Below are positions 26,401 to 38,545 of a stretch of DNA of 64,000 nt, piece by piece. The notes beneath the pieces were generated by a model. That model did not search any database. It had not been told where the DNA came from and was given only the letters and a program-made list of their open reading frames with translations. A program made the translations under genes and the position numbers. Source of the DNA: Euprymna scolopes (Eukaryota); NCBI GenBank assembly GCA_053919585.1, contig CM132802.1. One strand, written 5' to 3'. Each line of letters opens with the position of its first letter. Positions within the stretch are counted from its first letter, which is position 1.

Positions 26401-29400
26401 TTGAGAGACCAGCAGAAGAGTTGGGTTGATTGAAAGATCAGCGCAAGGGTTAGGTTTATTGTGAGATCAGCAAAAGAATTTGGTAGATGTAGAGACCAGC
26501 ATAAGAGTCTGGTAGATTGAGAGATCAGCACAGGAGTACAGTTGATTAAGAGACCAGCATGAGTGTCTGGTAGATTAAGAGATCAGCATAAGAATTAAGT
26601 AGATTTAAAGACCATAACATGAGTTGATTTGATTGAGAGATCAGCGTAAGAGTTTGATAGATTGAGAGACCAGCATTCGAATTTGGTATGTTGAGGTCAG
26701 CATAAGAGTTTGCCAGATTGAGAGACCAGCATAAGAGTTAGGTAGATTATTAGATAAACAGAGGAGTTTGGTTAATTTAGATATCAGCATAAGACTTGGG
26801 TAGATTGAGAGATCAACATAAGAGTTTGGTAGATTGAGAGACAAGCATAAGAGTTAGGAAGATTGAGAGATAAGCATAAGAGTTAGTTAGCTTGAGAGAT
26901 CAGCATAATAGTTGGGTTGATTGAGAGATCAGCATAAGAGTTTGGTAGATTGAGAGATAAGCACAAGGGTTTGGTAGCTCGAGAGACCAGCAAAAGAGTT
27001 TGGTAGATTGAGAGATCAGCATAAGAGTTTAGTAGTTTGAGAGCCCAGCATAAAGTTTGGTAGATTGGGAGACCAGCATAAGATTTAGGTAGATTGAGAG
27101 ATAAGCATAAGAGTTTGGTAGATTGACAGACAAGCATAAGGGTTGGGTTTATTGAGAGACCAGCATAAGTGTTCAGTAGATTGAGACATAACTATAAGAT
27201 TTGTGCTGATTGAGAGATCAGCATAAGAGTTTGGTAGATTGAGAGACCAGCATAAGAGTTTGGTAGATTGAGAGACCAGCATAAGAGTTTTGTAGATTGA
27301 GAGATCAGCATAAGAGTTCGGTTGATTTAGAGATCAGCACAGGAGTTTGGTGGATTAAAGGATCAGCATAAGTGTTGGGTTGATGGAGGGACCAGCATAA
27401 GAGTCGGGTTGATATAGAGACCAGCATAAGAGGTTCGTAGATGTACAGATAAGCATAAGATTTCGGTTGATTGAGGGACCAGCACGAGAGTCGGGTTTAT
27501 TGAGAGACCAGAATAAGAGTTGGTAGATTGAGAGACCAGCATAAGAGTTTGATAGATTGAGAGACCAGCATAAGAGTTACATAGATTGAGAGACCACCAT
27601 AAGAGTTTGGTAGATTGAGAGATCAGCATAAGAGTAAGGAAGATTTAGAAATTAGCATAAGAGTTTGGTAGATTGAGAGACCAGCATAAGATTTTGGTAG
27701 ATTGAGAGATCAGCATAAGTAGTTAGTAAATTAAGAGACTAGCAAAAAGTTTAGTGGATTGAGAGACCAGCATAAGAGTTTGGTAGATTGAGGTACCATC
27801 AGAAGAGTTTGGTAGATTGAGAGATCAGCATAAGTGTAGTGTAGATTGAGAGATCAACAGAAGAGTTTGGTTGATTGAGAGATCAGCACAGGAGTGTAGT
27901 TGATTGAGAGACCAGCATGACAGTTGTATGATTGTTAGATCAGCATAAGTGTTACGTCAATTGTGAGATCAGCACAAGAATTTGGGAGATTGAGAGACCA
28001 GGATTAGAGTTTTGTAGATTGAGAGATCAGCATAAGAGTTTGCTAGATTGAGAGATTAACATAAGAGTTTGGTTGATTGAGAGATCAGCATAAGACTTGG
28101 ATATATTGAAAGATAAGCATAAGAGTTTGGTAGATTGAGAGACCAGCACAAGCGTTAGGTTGATTGAGAGATAAACATAAGAGTTAGGTAGATTAAGAGA
28201 TAAGCATAAGAGTTGGGTGGATTGAGAGATCAGCATAAGAGTTTGGTTGGTTGAGAGACAAGCATAAGTGTTTGGTAGATTGAGAGACAAGTATAGGAGT
28301 TTTGTAGATTTAGAGATCAGCATAAGGGTTTGGTTGATTGAGAGATCAGAATAAGAGTTTGGTTGATTGAGAGACCAGCATAAGAATAAGGTAGATTAAG
28401 AGATCAAAATGAGGTGTGTTTATTGAGAGAGGAGCATAAGAGTTTGGTTGATTGAGAGCCCAGCACAAGAGTTTGGTAGATTGAGAGACCAGCATATGAG
28501 TTAAATAGATTGAGAGACCAGCAGAAGTGTTGGGTTGATTCAGAGATCCGCAAAAGAGTTTGGTTGATTGAGAGACAAGTATTAGTGTTTGGTAGATTCA
28601 GAGACCAGCATAAGAGTTGGGTTGATTGAGATACCAGCAAAAATGTTGGGTTAATTTAGAGATCAGCATAAGAGTTTGGTAGATTGAGAGACAAGCATAA
28701 GAGTTTGGTACATTGAGAGATCAGCATAAGAGTTTGGTAGATTGAGAGACCAGCAGGAGAGTTGGGTTGATTGAGAGATCAGCAGAAGAGTTAGGTTATT
28801 TGAGAGATCAGCATAAGGATGTGGTTGATTGAGAGATCAGCACAGGAGTTGCGTTGATTGAGAGATCAGCTAAAGCGTTTGGTCGATTGAGAGATCAGCA
28901 TAAGGGTTGGGTTTATTGAGGGGCCGGCATAAGAGTGTGTAGATGTAGAGATAAGCATAAGAGTTTGGTATATTGAGAGACTAGCATAAGGGTTTGGTAC
29001 ATTGAGAGATCAGCATAAGAGTTTGGTAGATATAGAGACAAGCATAAGAGTTTGGTAGATTTAGAGGTCAGCATAATAGTTTGGTATATTGAGAGACCAG
29101 CATAAGAGTTTGGTAGATTGAGAGATCAGCAGAAGAGTTTGGTAGATTGAGAGATCAGCATAAGAGTTTGTTAGATTTAGAGACTAGCATAAGAGTTTGG
29201 TAGATATAAAGACAAGCATAAGAGTTTGGTAGATTGAGAGACAAGTATTAGTGTTAGGTAGATTCAGAGACCAGCATAAGAGTTGGGTTGATTGAGATAC
29301 CAGCAAAAATGTTGGGTTAATTTAGAGATCAGCATAAGAGTTTGGTAGATTGAGAGACAAGCATAAGAGTTTGGTAGATTGAGAGATCAGCATAAGAGTT

Positions 29401-32400
29401 TGGTAGATTGAGAGACCAGCAGGAGAGTTGGGTTGATTGAGGGATCAGCAGAAGAGTTAGATTATTAGAGAGATCAGCATAAGGATGTGGTTGATTGAGA
29501 GAGCAGCTCAGGAGTTGCGTTGATTGAGAGATCAGCTAAAGCGTTTGGTCGATTGAGAGATCAGCATAAGAGTTGGGTGGATTGAGAGATCAGCATAAGA
29601 GTTTGGTTGGTTGAGAGACAAGCATAAGTGTTTGGTAGATTGAGAGACAAGTATAGGAGTTTTGTAGATTTAGAGATCAGCATAAGGGTTTGGTTGATTG
29701 AGAGATCAGAATAAGAGTTTGGTTGATTGAGAGACCAGCATAAGAATAAGGTAGATTAAGAGATCAAAATGAGGTGTGTTTATTGAGAGATCAGCATAAG
29801 AGTTTGGTTGATTGAGAGCCCAGCACAAGAGTTTGGTAGATTGAGAGACCAGCATATGAGTTAAATAGATTGAGAGACCAGCAGAAGTGTTGGGTTGATT
29901 CAGAGATCCGCATAAGAGTTTGGTTGATTGAGAGACAAGTATTAGTGTTAGGTAGATTCAGAGACCAGCATAAGAGTTGGGTTGATTGAGATACCAGCAA
30001 AAATGTTGGGTTAATTTAGAGATCAGCATAAGAGTTTGGTAGATTGAGAGACAAGCATAAGAGTTTGGTAGATTGAGAGATCAGCATAAGAGTTTGGTAG
30101 ATTGAGAGACCAGCAGGAGAGTTGGGTTGATTGAGAGATCAGCAGAAGAGTTAGGTTATTTGAGAGATCAGCATAAGGATGTGGTTGATTGAGAGATCAG
30201 CACAGGAGTTGCGTTGATTGAGAGATCAGCTAAAGCGTTTGGTCGATTGAGAGATCAGCATAAGAGTTGGGTTTATTGAGGGGCCGGCATAAGAGTGTGT
30301 AGATGTAGAGATAAGCATAAGAGTTTGGTATATTGAGAGACTAACATAAGGGTTTGGTACATTGAGAGATCAGCATAAGAGGTTGGTAGATATAGAGACA
30401 AGCATAAGAGTTTGGTAGATTTAGAGGTCAGCATAATAGTTTGGTATATTGAGAGACCAGCATAAGAGTTTGGTAGATTGAGAGATCAGCAGAAGAGTTT
30501 GGTAGATTGAGAGATCAGCATAAGAGTTTGTAAGATTTAGAGACTAACATAAGAGTTTGGTAGATATAAAGGCAAGCATAAGAGTTTGGTAGATTGAGAG
30601 ACCAGCATAAGAGTTTTGTAGATTGAGAGACCAGCATAAGATTTAGGAAGATTGAGAGATCAGCATAAGATTTTGGTAGATTGAGAGACATGCATAAGCG
30701 TTGGGTTGATTGAAAGATCAGAACAAGCGTTAATTTGATTGTGAGATCAGCATAAGAGTTTTTTAGATGTAGAGACCAGCATAAGAGTCTGGTAGATTGA
30801 GAGATCAGCATAATAGTGTAGCAGATGTAGAGACCAGCATGAGAGTTTGGTTGATTGTGAGATCAGCACAAGGGTTACGTCAATTGAGAGATCTGCACAA
30901 GAGTTTTGGAGATTGAGATACCAGAATAAGAGGTTGGTAGATTAAGAGATCAGCATAAGAGTTGGGTTGATTGAGAGAGAAGCATAAGAGTTTGGTAGAT
31001 TGAGAGGCCAGCATAAGGGTGAGGTAGATTGAGAGATAAGCATAAGAGTTAGGTAGATTGAGAGGTCAGCATAAGAGTTGGGTGGATTGAGAGATCAGCA
31101 TAAGAGTGTGGTAGATTGAGATACCAGTATAAGAGTTTTGTAGCTCGAGAGACCAGCAAAAGAGTTTGGTAGATTGAGAGATCAGCATAAAAGTTTGGTT
31201 GATTGAGAGATCAGCATTAGGGTTTGGTAGATTAAGAGACCAGCATAAGAGTTTGGTAGATTGAGAGACCAGCATAAGATTTTGGTCGATAAAGAGACCA
31301 GCACAAGAGTTAGGTTGATTGTAGAGATACGCATAAGAGTTTGGTAGATTGGGAGACCAGCATAAGGGTTTGGTAGATGGAGAGATCAGCATAAGAGTTT
31401 GGTAGATTGAGGGACCAGCATAACAGTTGGGTTGATGGAGAGATCAGCAGAAGAGTTAGGTTAATATAGAGATCAGCATAAGCTTAGGTAGATTGAGAGA
31501 TCAGCATGAGAGTTTGGTAGATGTAGAGACCAGCATAAGAGTTTGGTAGATTGAGAGACGAGCATAAGAGTTGGGTGGATTGAGAGATCAGCATAAGAGT
31601 TTGGTTGATTGAGAGACCAGCATTAAGGTTAGGTAGATTAAGAGATCAGCATGAGATGTGTCCGTTGGAAGATCAGCATCAGAGTTTTCTAGATTTAGAG
31701 CCTTGCATAAGATTTTGGTAGATTGAGAGACCAGCATAAGAGTTTGGTAGATTGAGAGCCCAGCATAAGAGTTTGGTAGATTGAGAGACCAGCATAAGAG
31801 TTTGGTAGATTGAGAGACCAGCATAAGAGTTGGGTTGATTGAGAGATCAGCATAAATGTTGGGTTGATTGAGAGATCAGCATAAGATTTTGCTAGATGGG
31901 GAGACCAGCATAAGATTTTGGTTGATTGAGAGATCAGCATAAGAGTTTGGTAGATTGAAAGACCAGCATAAGAGGTGGGTTGATTGAGAGATCAGCAGAA
32001 GAGTTATGTTAATTGAGAGATCAGCATAAGGATTTGGTAGATTGAGAGATCAGCATAAGAGTTGGGTTGATTTAGAGACCAGCATAAATGTTGGGTTAAT
32101 TGAGAGACCAGCATAAGAGTTTAGTAGATTGAGAGATCAGCATAAGTATTCGGTTGATTGAGGGACCAGCATAAGAGTCGGGATGATTGAGAGACCAGCA
32201 TAAGAGTTTGGTAGATTGAGTGATAAGCATACGAGTTTTGTAGATTGAGAGCACAGCATAAGAGTTTGGTAGATTGAGAGACCAGCATTTTAGTTGGGTT
32301 GATTGAGGGACCAGCGTAAGAGTCGGGTTGATTGACAGATCAGCATAAGGGTTTGGTAGATTGAGGGATCAGCATAAGAGGTTGGTAGATTGGGAGATCA

Positions 32401-33120
32401 GCATAAGATTTTGGTAGATTGAGAGATCAGCATACGAGTTATGTTGATTGAGAGATCAGGATAAGAGTTTGGTAGATTGAGAGACAAGCATACGAGTTTG
32501 GTAGATTGAGAGACCAGCATAATTCTAGGTAGATTGAGAGACCAGATAAGGATTTGGTAGGTATAGAGACCGGCATAAGAGTTAGGCTGATTTAGAGACC
32601 AACAGAAGTGTTAGGTTTATGTTTAGACCAGCGTTAGTATAAGGTTGATTGAGAGACCAGCATGAGTAACGTTGATTGGGAGATCAGCATAAAATTGTTT
32701 TAGATTGAGAGACCGGCCGAACAGTTCGGTTTATTTAGAGACCAACATAAGAAATAGGTAGATTGAGAGACAGCATAAGAGATAGGTAGATTGAAAGACC
32801 GGCATAAGAGTTGTTGATTGAGAGGCCAGCGTTAGAGTTAGGTTGATTTAGAGACCAGCATAAGACTTTGTTAGATTGAGTGACCAGCATAATAGTTAGG
32901 TTTATTGATAGATATGTATAAGAATTTGGTAAAGTTAGAGACCAGCATTAGAGTTCGGTTATAGAGAAATCAGCACAAGAGTCAGGTAGATTGAGAGACC
33001 AGCACAAGTATTAGGTGTATTGAGCGACGAGCATTAGAGTAGGGTTGATTGAGAGACCAGCATAAGGGTTAGGTAGAGTGAGATAACAGCATAAGAGTTT
33101 GGTCGTTTGAGAGACCAACA
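14410..33120. repeat. Satellite/minisatellite array, 29-bp monomer GAGAGA[C/T]CAGCATAAGAGTT[T/G/A]GGT[A/T]GATT, ~645 copies
   Basis: Clean 29-bp period (e.g. 17041-17100). Point variants throughout, and both edges are more diverged. The + strand is G/A-rich and C-poor. Confidence 0.98.
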
Positions 33121-33179
33121 CAAAAGTTAGATTTGAATACAAACTTAGTCACGTTGGAGCTTGTGTTGGAGTAGATTAT

Positions 33180-34600
33180 TAAAATCTATGATAAAAGGTA
33201 TTCACATTAGAGTTGAAGAGGGCCATGTTATAATCAGCTTCGAATACGATGTTATTGCGCAAAACAGATGATCAGTTCTATAAAAAAATCTGTGTTAGTG
33301 TTATTCACTTATAGGTTTTTGCACATATAGAGAGTGAGGAAGGTTATTGGCGATTGTGTCCACTAGGTGACTACTAGATTTGAACGTTTTACGAGAAAAT
33401 ATCATAGATTTTGGCTTCCCTAGTATAAAGGCATCAGTATTGAGAAGGCGGAGTCGCAACCCCTTTTCTGAGAAACAGAGGGAGAAGGGAGGTTTAAAAA
33501 TCGTCGCCCACTAAATGTACAAGACGATTTTTACTCTGCCAAAGCAGAAAAGGATGGCTTTAGGGACTCCAACACAGATGTGAAAACGTGCACTATCCTA
33601 AATCCTAGTTGATACTTTTATAATTAGTGGCAATAAATCTGATGTGTACATTCCATTTTAGTAAAGGTCAATACAAAAGTATGTCAGGGCCGGATATTTA
33701 ACAACGTGAAATCATTCAATTAAGTTGTCGCAAGGCGGGCATCTGAGTGTTAGTGATAAAGAAAAATGCTTTTGGTTTTGCATGTATTAAAGATTGTAAT
33801 ACACGCTGTGAGTAAGATGAATGAGGATCTAAAAGGTCTTGATTTTATTGATCTTTTAAATTTAGCCGTAGATGCTAGTATCGATTGCATTGGTGTTGAT
33901 GATGAATGTTATTTAGAAGACCGTTGATGACAATCAGCAAAAGAGTCGTGCTCAGGATGGTTTACGGTGGCCCGCCAGCCTCACACTGTGATTTTCCCAG
34001 TTTTGCTAATCAACGACCACTTGCATAGGTTTCTTCAGAGAGAAATGATTTGATGGTGTAAAGACTATTTCCAGATATTTAGCCATATATTTTGTGAAGT
34101 ATAACTTGTACCAAACCTCATCAAATTTATTACAGACGACATGAGTTGTTGCCTTAGACAGAAAGCCTTCGTCGGACCCTGTGTTATATTTTAAGCAGAT
34201 AGGCAGTTGAGACTTCGGCCGAAAACGATATTGCATGCCACTGAATAAATGTATGTTGTTTAGATGGTTTAGAACTTTTCTATTAATACCGAACTAAGGC
34301 AATTCATTCACGACGGAGCCGAGGCTAAATATAATGGTCTGTACTGTGGCGGAGAAGACAGATCATTAAACTTTTTAATACTGGACAACCTTTCGAGGTT
34401 TTCTAATGCGATATAAAGGGTTTTTCTTAAGGCACTCATATAATTTCTTTTTGCATTTGAGCTAGTTCTAGCTGTAGCTTTTTGAGCAGGATTATTATAT
34501 TTCGGACATCATCTGTTCACACCCATGTTTGTTCTGCGCCAAAACTCGGGTACTTAAAATTTTACACTACAAGTGAAAGAGGCTCGCTTTTGTAATAACA
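33180..34600 (-). mobile_element. Old L2/Crack-like LINE, RT and C-terminal half (degenerate)
   Basis: Minus strand gives QYRFR (~QYGFR), NKFDEVW (~KAFDRVW), a FHICVG segment (~CCHIWAG) near 33570, and terminal DYNMALFNSNVNTF (cf. DYHLDVFKSNINKF at 56157). Confidence 0.7.
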
Positions 34601-34849
34601 TTTCGTCAGTGCTTGATCACAGATGCATAGGCGACTTTAGTTTCTGAATATCTGTTTCGTTTATGCTAGTTAAATACTGATTTCTATATGCTGTAATAGC
34701 AGCATATTCACTACATGCAAAGGTAGGCTATTGGGTTTAGGTTGAAGATTTTAGAAGATATATAGCTACTAATGCGAATAGTTGGTCACTTTATCAAGTC
34801 GGATCCTATAAAAGATATACATATTTTTTTAACAGAGATCTTAGGAATA

Positions 34850-35622
34850 TATTAAATATGTATGCACGAAAATCGCTTCAGTCGGCCCTAAATTCAGGAC
34901 ACAGCGTGCGACAGAGCGTAATATAATGTTTAATTTTCTCCTTGTGTACAGCTTTAAATTTATACTGTTGCAAATATAACATTGACGATATGTTTGTATT
35001 GACGTTTCTCGGCAGTGTTCTGATTTACTATAAAAAGTGAGCTGTTTACGACAACTGTTGACACTCAACTAAGCGGTTATACGTCGATGAAACACCATGA
35101 GACTTCTAGAAGCCAGCGTTGCAACATGAGACGATTATGCTGTGTGTTTGATTAACTGCGAATGGTCTCATCATTTACATATTTTGAATGTAGGTGAAGC
35201 CATTACGGCGATAAAGTACTGTCAACAAATAGATGACATGCATCAGAAACATTGACGACAATGCAAAGCATTATACAACAGAAAAGACCTGTTCCTAAAC
35301 CGACCTTGTAGGAATTAAAAGAATTGAGCTACAAAACTTTGTCTCATCCGCCATATCTTCAAGACATTTTATCTACCGACTACCACTTTTTCAAGCATAT
35401 CGACAACTTTATGTTAGCAATATTAAAAATGTCGTTAGCGATTTCCTCACTACAAAGAACGCAAGATGTTTACGCTACCGGCATAAATACACTTGCTTTT
35501 CCTTGGCAAAATGTGTCTTTATTCTGATGGTGTTTCTTTCAATCTATAAAGTTTTGTTAAGCCGAGATATGTTTATCTGAATTTAAAAGTTAAAAACCGC
35601 AAGAGCTTTTTTGTCAGCCTGA
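34850..35622 (+). mobile_element. Internally deleted, degenerate mariner (DD34D, Hsmar1/cecropia-like)
   Basis: IMLCV (~KVMLCVWW), EAITA..YCQQIDDMHQK, LSHPPYLQDILSTDYHFFKHIDNF (~HPPYSPDLSPTDYHFFKHLDNF). Right TIR AAAACCGCAAGAGCTTTTTTGTCAGCCTGA|TA. Left boundary uncertain. Confidence 0.85.
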
Positions 35623-37339
35623 TATAATATGGACACTATAATTTTCTGAAATGTCCTATTTAATGCATATTCACGGTATATGTATTCAGACGAGTCCCCC
35701 AACAAATTAACAAATTATCTCGCATTGTAGTCATGCCTAGGAAGTATCTATTAAAAGAACGCATGTGTATTATAAAAAAAAAATATTGAGTTTATATTTA
35801 ATTATCTTTGTGCACAATGTCCCATAATTAATATACAGTCCTTCTAATGTGCGTCTATCTATACAGCTGAAGCATGTTGTTTATCCTCTCGAATCTTTAA
35901 AGTATATTCTATGAAAAATATTTATTAAAACAACATGTGTAATATTGTTACTTTCTATCAAGTATGGAGTGTTCTAATAATTATCTATATCCTTACTTAA
36001 GAAATTTATAATCAATATTTGGCTCTCTGATCTAAAGCAACTCGACTTCTTTGGACTTAATATTCTTAAATAGTTCACCTTAACATTTAAAGAAAAAATA
36101 ACACTTGATTTACTAGTAAAACGAGTAAAGTATTTTTCAGTGCTTATTAACCTAAGCAGTATTTGTGAATCCACAACTGTCATATTACAACCCTTGGTTT
36201 GCTATTAATAATGGTAATTTAAACAAAACTTTATCGATCTTACCACTGACAATACTCATGTACACATGTCACCACGAATGTAAAAAAACATAAAACAAAT
36301 TAAAAAAATCGATGTTAGTACAAATTTATTCATATTCTGACACATACATGCAAATTATAATTGTTGAAATGTAAATCAAACTAACCAGGGTTTTTTGTGT
36401 CTGATTTATGTGATGCTATTATTTCAGTGAAACGAGTGTTACGTTTTTAATGTTGATGGACAAAAGCATAAGTGTACATCAACATAACGACACACAGTAC
36501 AAAGGAAACTTGATAATTTTATGAAAAACGCCATACTATTAAGTGAAGAAATATATCGATAAGGACAAATTGTTTCACTATAGAAACACCTGAAACAAAG
36601 ATACATGCAAATAACATAGGATAGACGGAGATCAAATACGGTAAATAGAGTAATTTGCGCTGTCTAAATATTTTCAGAGCTATATATTAAACGAGAAGGT
36701 GACGAGTATATACATCTACCTAAAACTTTTAATGCAAAACATAAATAATATACATATATGATTTATATATATATATATATATGTTAATAATATATATAAT
36801 ATATATATATATATGTTTTAAAAAAATATGTGTTTTCTGTTCTACTTCAACTTTAGTATATACTCATAATTTCGGTGTATAGGCAAGATGTTCCTCCAAT
36901 AAAAAAACAGAGCAAGTATAATATATTATTAACAAAAAATATATATAAAATAGAGTGTAATAGCTACACTCAAATATTAAATATTTAGTTTACTTACAAA
37001 CAATTATTTCCGTATGTCACAATTTTATATTCTTACAGATATAATTTGTTATGAAGAAACAATAAATCATTTATATGCTAATATCAAAGATTTTCGTGCG
37101 TATACTCTAAAGAACATTTTGCTCGGAAAAATATACGTGACTATATATTTTCAGAAAAAAGAAGATCTATCATCGCGTATTCATTAAATANNNNNNNNNN
37201 NNNNNNNNNNNNNNNNNNNNNNNNNNNNNNNNNNNNNNNNNNNNNNNNNNNNNNNNNNNNNNNNNNNNNNNNNNNNNNNNNNNNNNNNNNNNNNNNNNNN
37301 NNNNNNNNNNNNNNNNNNNNNNNNNNNNNNNNNNNNNTA

Positions 37340-38545
37340 TATCCGCAAAGTAAAAACAAGGAAGGAATTTTTTGGTGAGTTCACAATGGAGTTGAGGCGA
37401 ACTGACGGGCAAGCATGTAAGATTTCTCGGTTTCCGTGCAAACAACGTCATGATTATGGCTAATCGGGGAATTGTTGATTGCAAACTATTTACTATACGG
37501 TTTTCTAATTTATGCACTTCAATGTGTTTTCTTGTCGCTTGGGTATATTCTGCTTTAGTTGTCGCTAGTCATTAATTGCGATTACCTTTAGCTTCTATTA
37601 AATATTGTCTGATTTTACTAAGCTTATGCCGGATAATTGTGCGTTTTGCTTGTTTCTTCTGCGCAATGCTAGCGTTGGACGGAGACATACACCATTTGTA
37701 AGAGAGGATTGAGTATAGAACAACTATGTAGAAACATGTGCTCCTATTGTTGTTTTGAACATTTCAGTGGTCTCATTTGCATCCTTTTCCACATGGGACA
37801 TCTTTTATATGATCTCTAATGACATAACAATCAACCTTATTGTAATACCTAGCAATGGCGCTTCATCTTGGGATCGAGAATGTAGAGTGATGTATAATCA
37901 TTTACGAGTAGGCTATGGATATTTAATACACAATCATTAGGAAGTGTTTTCATAAATAAGTGAGAAATAATTAGAGGCTTTCTGGTCCTTACGATCTGAG
38001 AGGGGGTGGGAATATTACTAGCGTGTCAAGAAATTGGATATTGAAAATAATGCGTGATGCTAGTAGCTATGTCGGTTTAGTTAGAGAAGCAAACCCAGTA
38101 ATTCTGGTTGGCGTTAAATCCACCAAATCATGTATTTTGGCCCTCCTGTCAATGGATAATGGTATGCCTATGTTGTCAGAGACATGAATGATTAGAGTAC
38201 AGTCCTGGGTCGAGAGAGAACAATTAAGAAAATGTAGGTAGCTAACGCTATGTTTTAAAATGAGTTAAAAGCGCATGAGGGCGTGGTCATCTGATACTAG
38301 TTTACATTCTTTTGTAACGGTGTAAAGATTACGAATATAGACTTCAATTCCGTGTATGTGCATGTCAGAGTGATTACAACAAAGTGGAAGAAAACCAGAC
38401 ATGTTTAAGATGTTACAGGAGATAGAGAATTGCGAGGTAATATCAGTAAGTGCCAAGATATTTTGGGAGTTTTACTCAGAGAAATAATTCTATATCATCT
38501 AAGTTTGTTCTGTGTCCACGGATATTTGTAAATACAAACCTACGG
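37340..38545 (-). mobile_element. Old L2/Crack-like LINE, APE endonuclease and linker half (continues at 34600)
   Basis: Minus strand FVFTNIRGHRTN at ~38540 (cf. FSNIRGLRSN at ~53437). HDVVCTETEKSYMLARQFAS and NSIVNSPKNSFLVFTLR at ~37450-37340 match HEVACTATDKANLLASRFASNSTLNSVHHSLPDFPLR of the 1995 copy. Confidence 0.75.

Noticed and set aside
14386-31940. Dozens of minus-strand ORFs with a 29-aa repeat (MLVSQSTKLLCWSLNLPNSYAGLSIYQTL) as a repetitive protein gene
   Set aside because: The GGTC monomer variant is stop-free in all three minus frames and 29 is not a multiple of 3, so such ORFs arise automatically. The common GATC variant creates TGA, and indels shift frames freely. No sign of frame conservation.
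14410-33120. CRISPR array (29-bp repeat)
   Set aside because: Monomers are directly adjacent with no unique spacers, there are no cas genes, and the context is eukaryotic.
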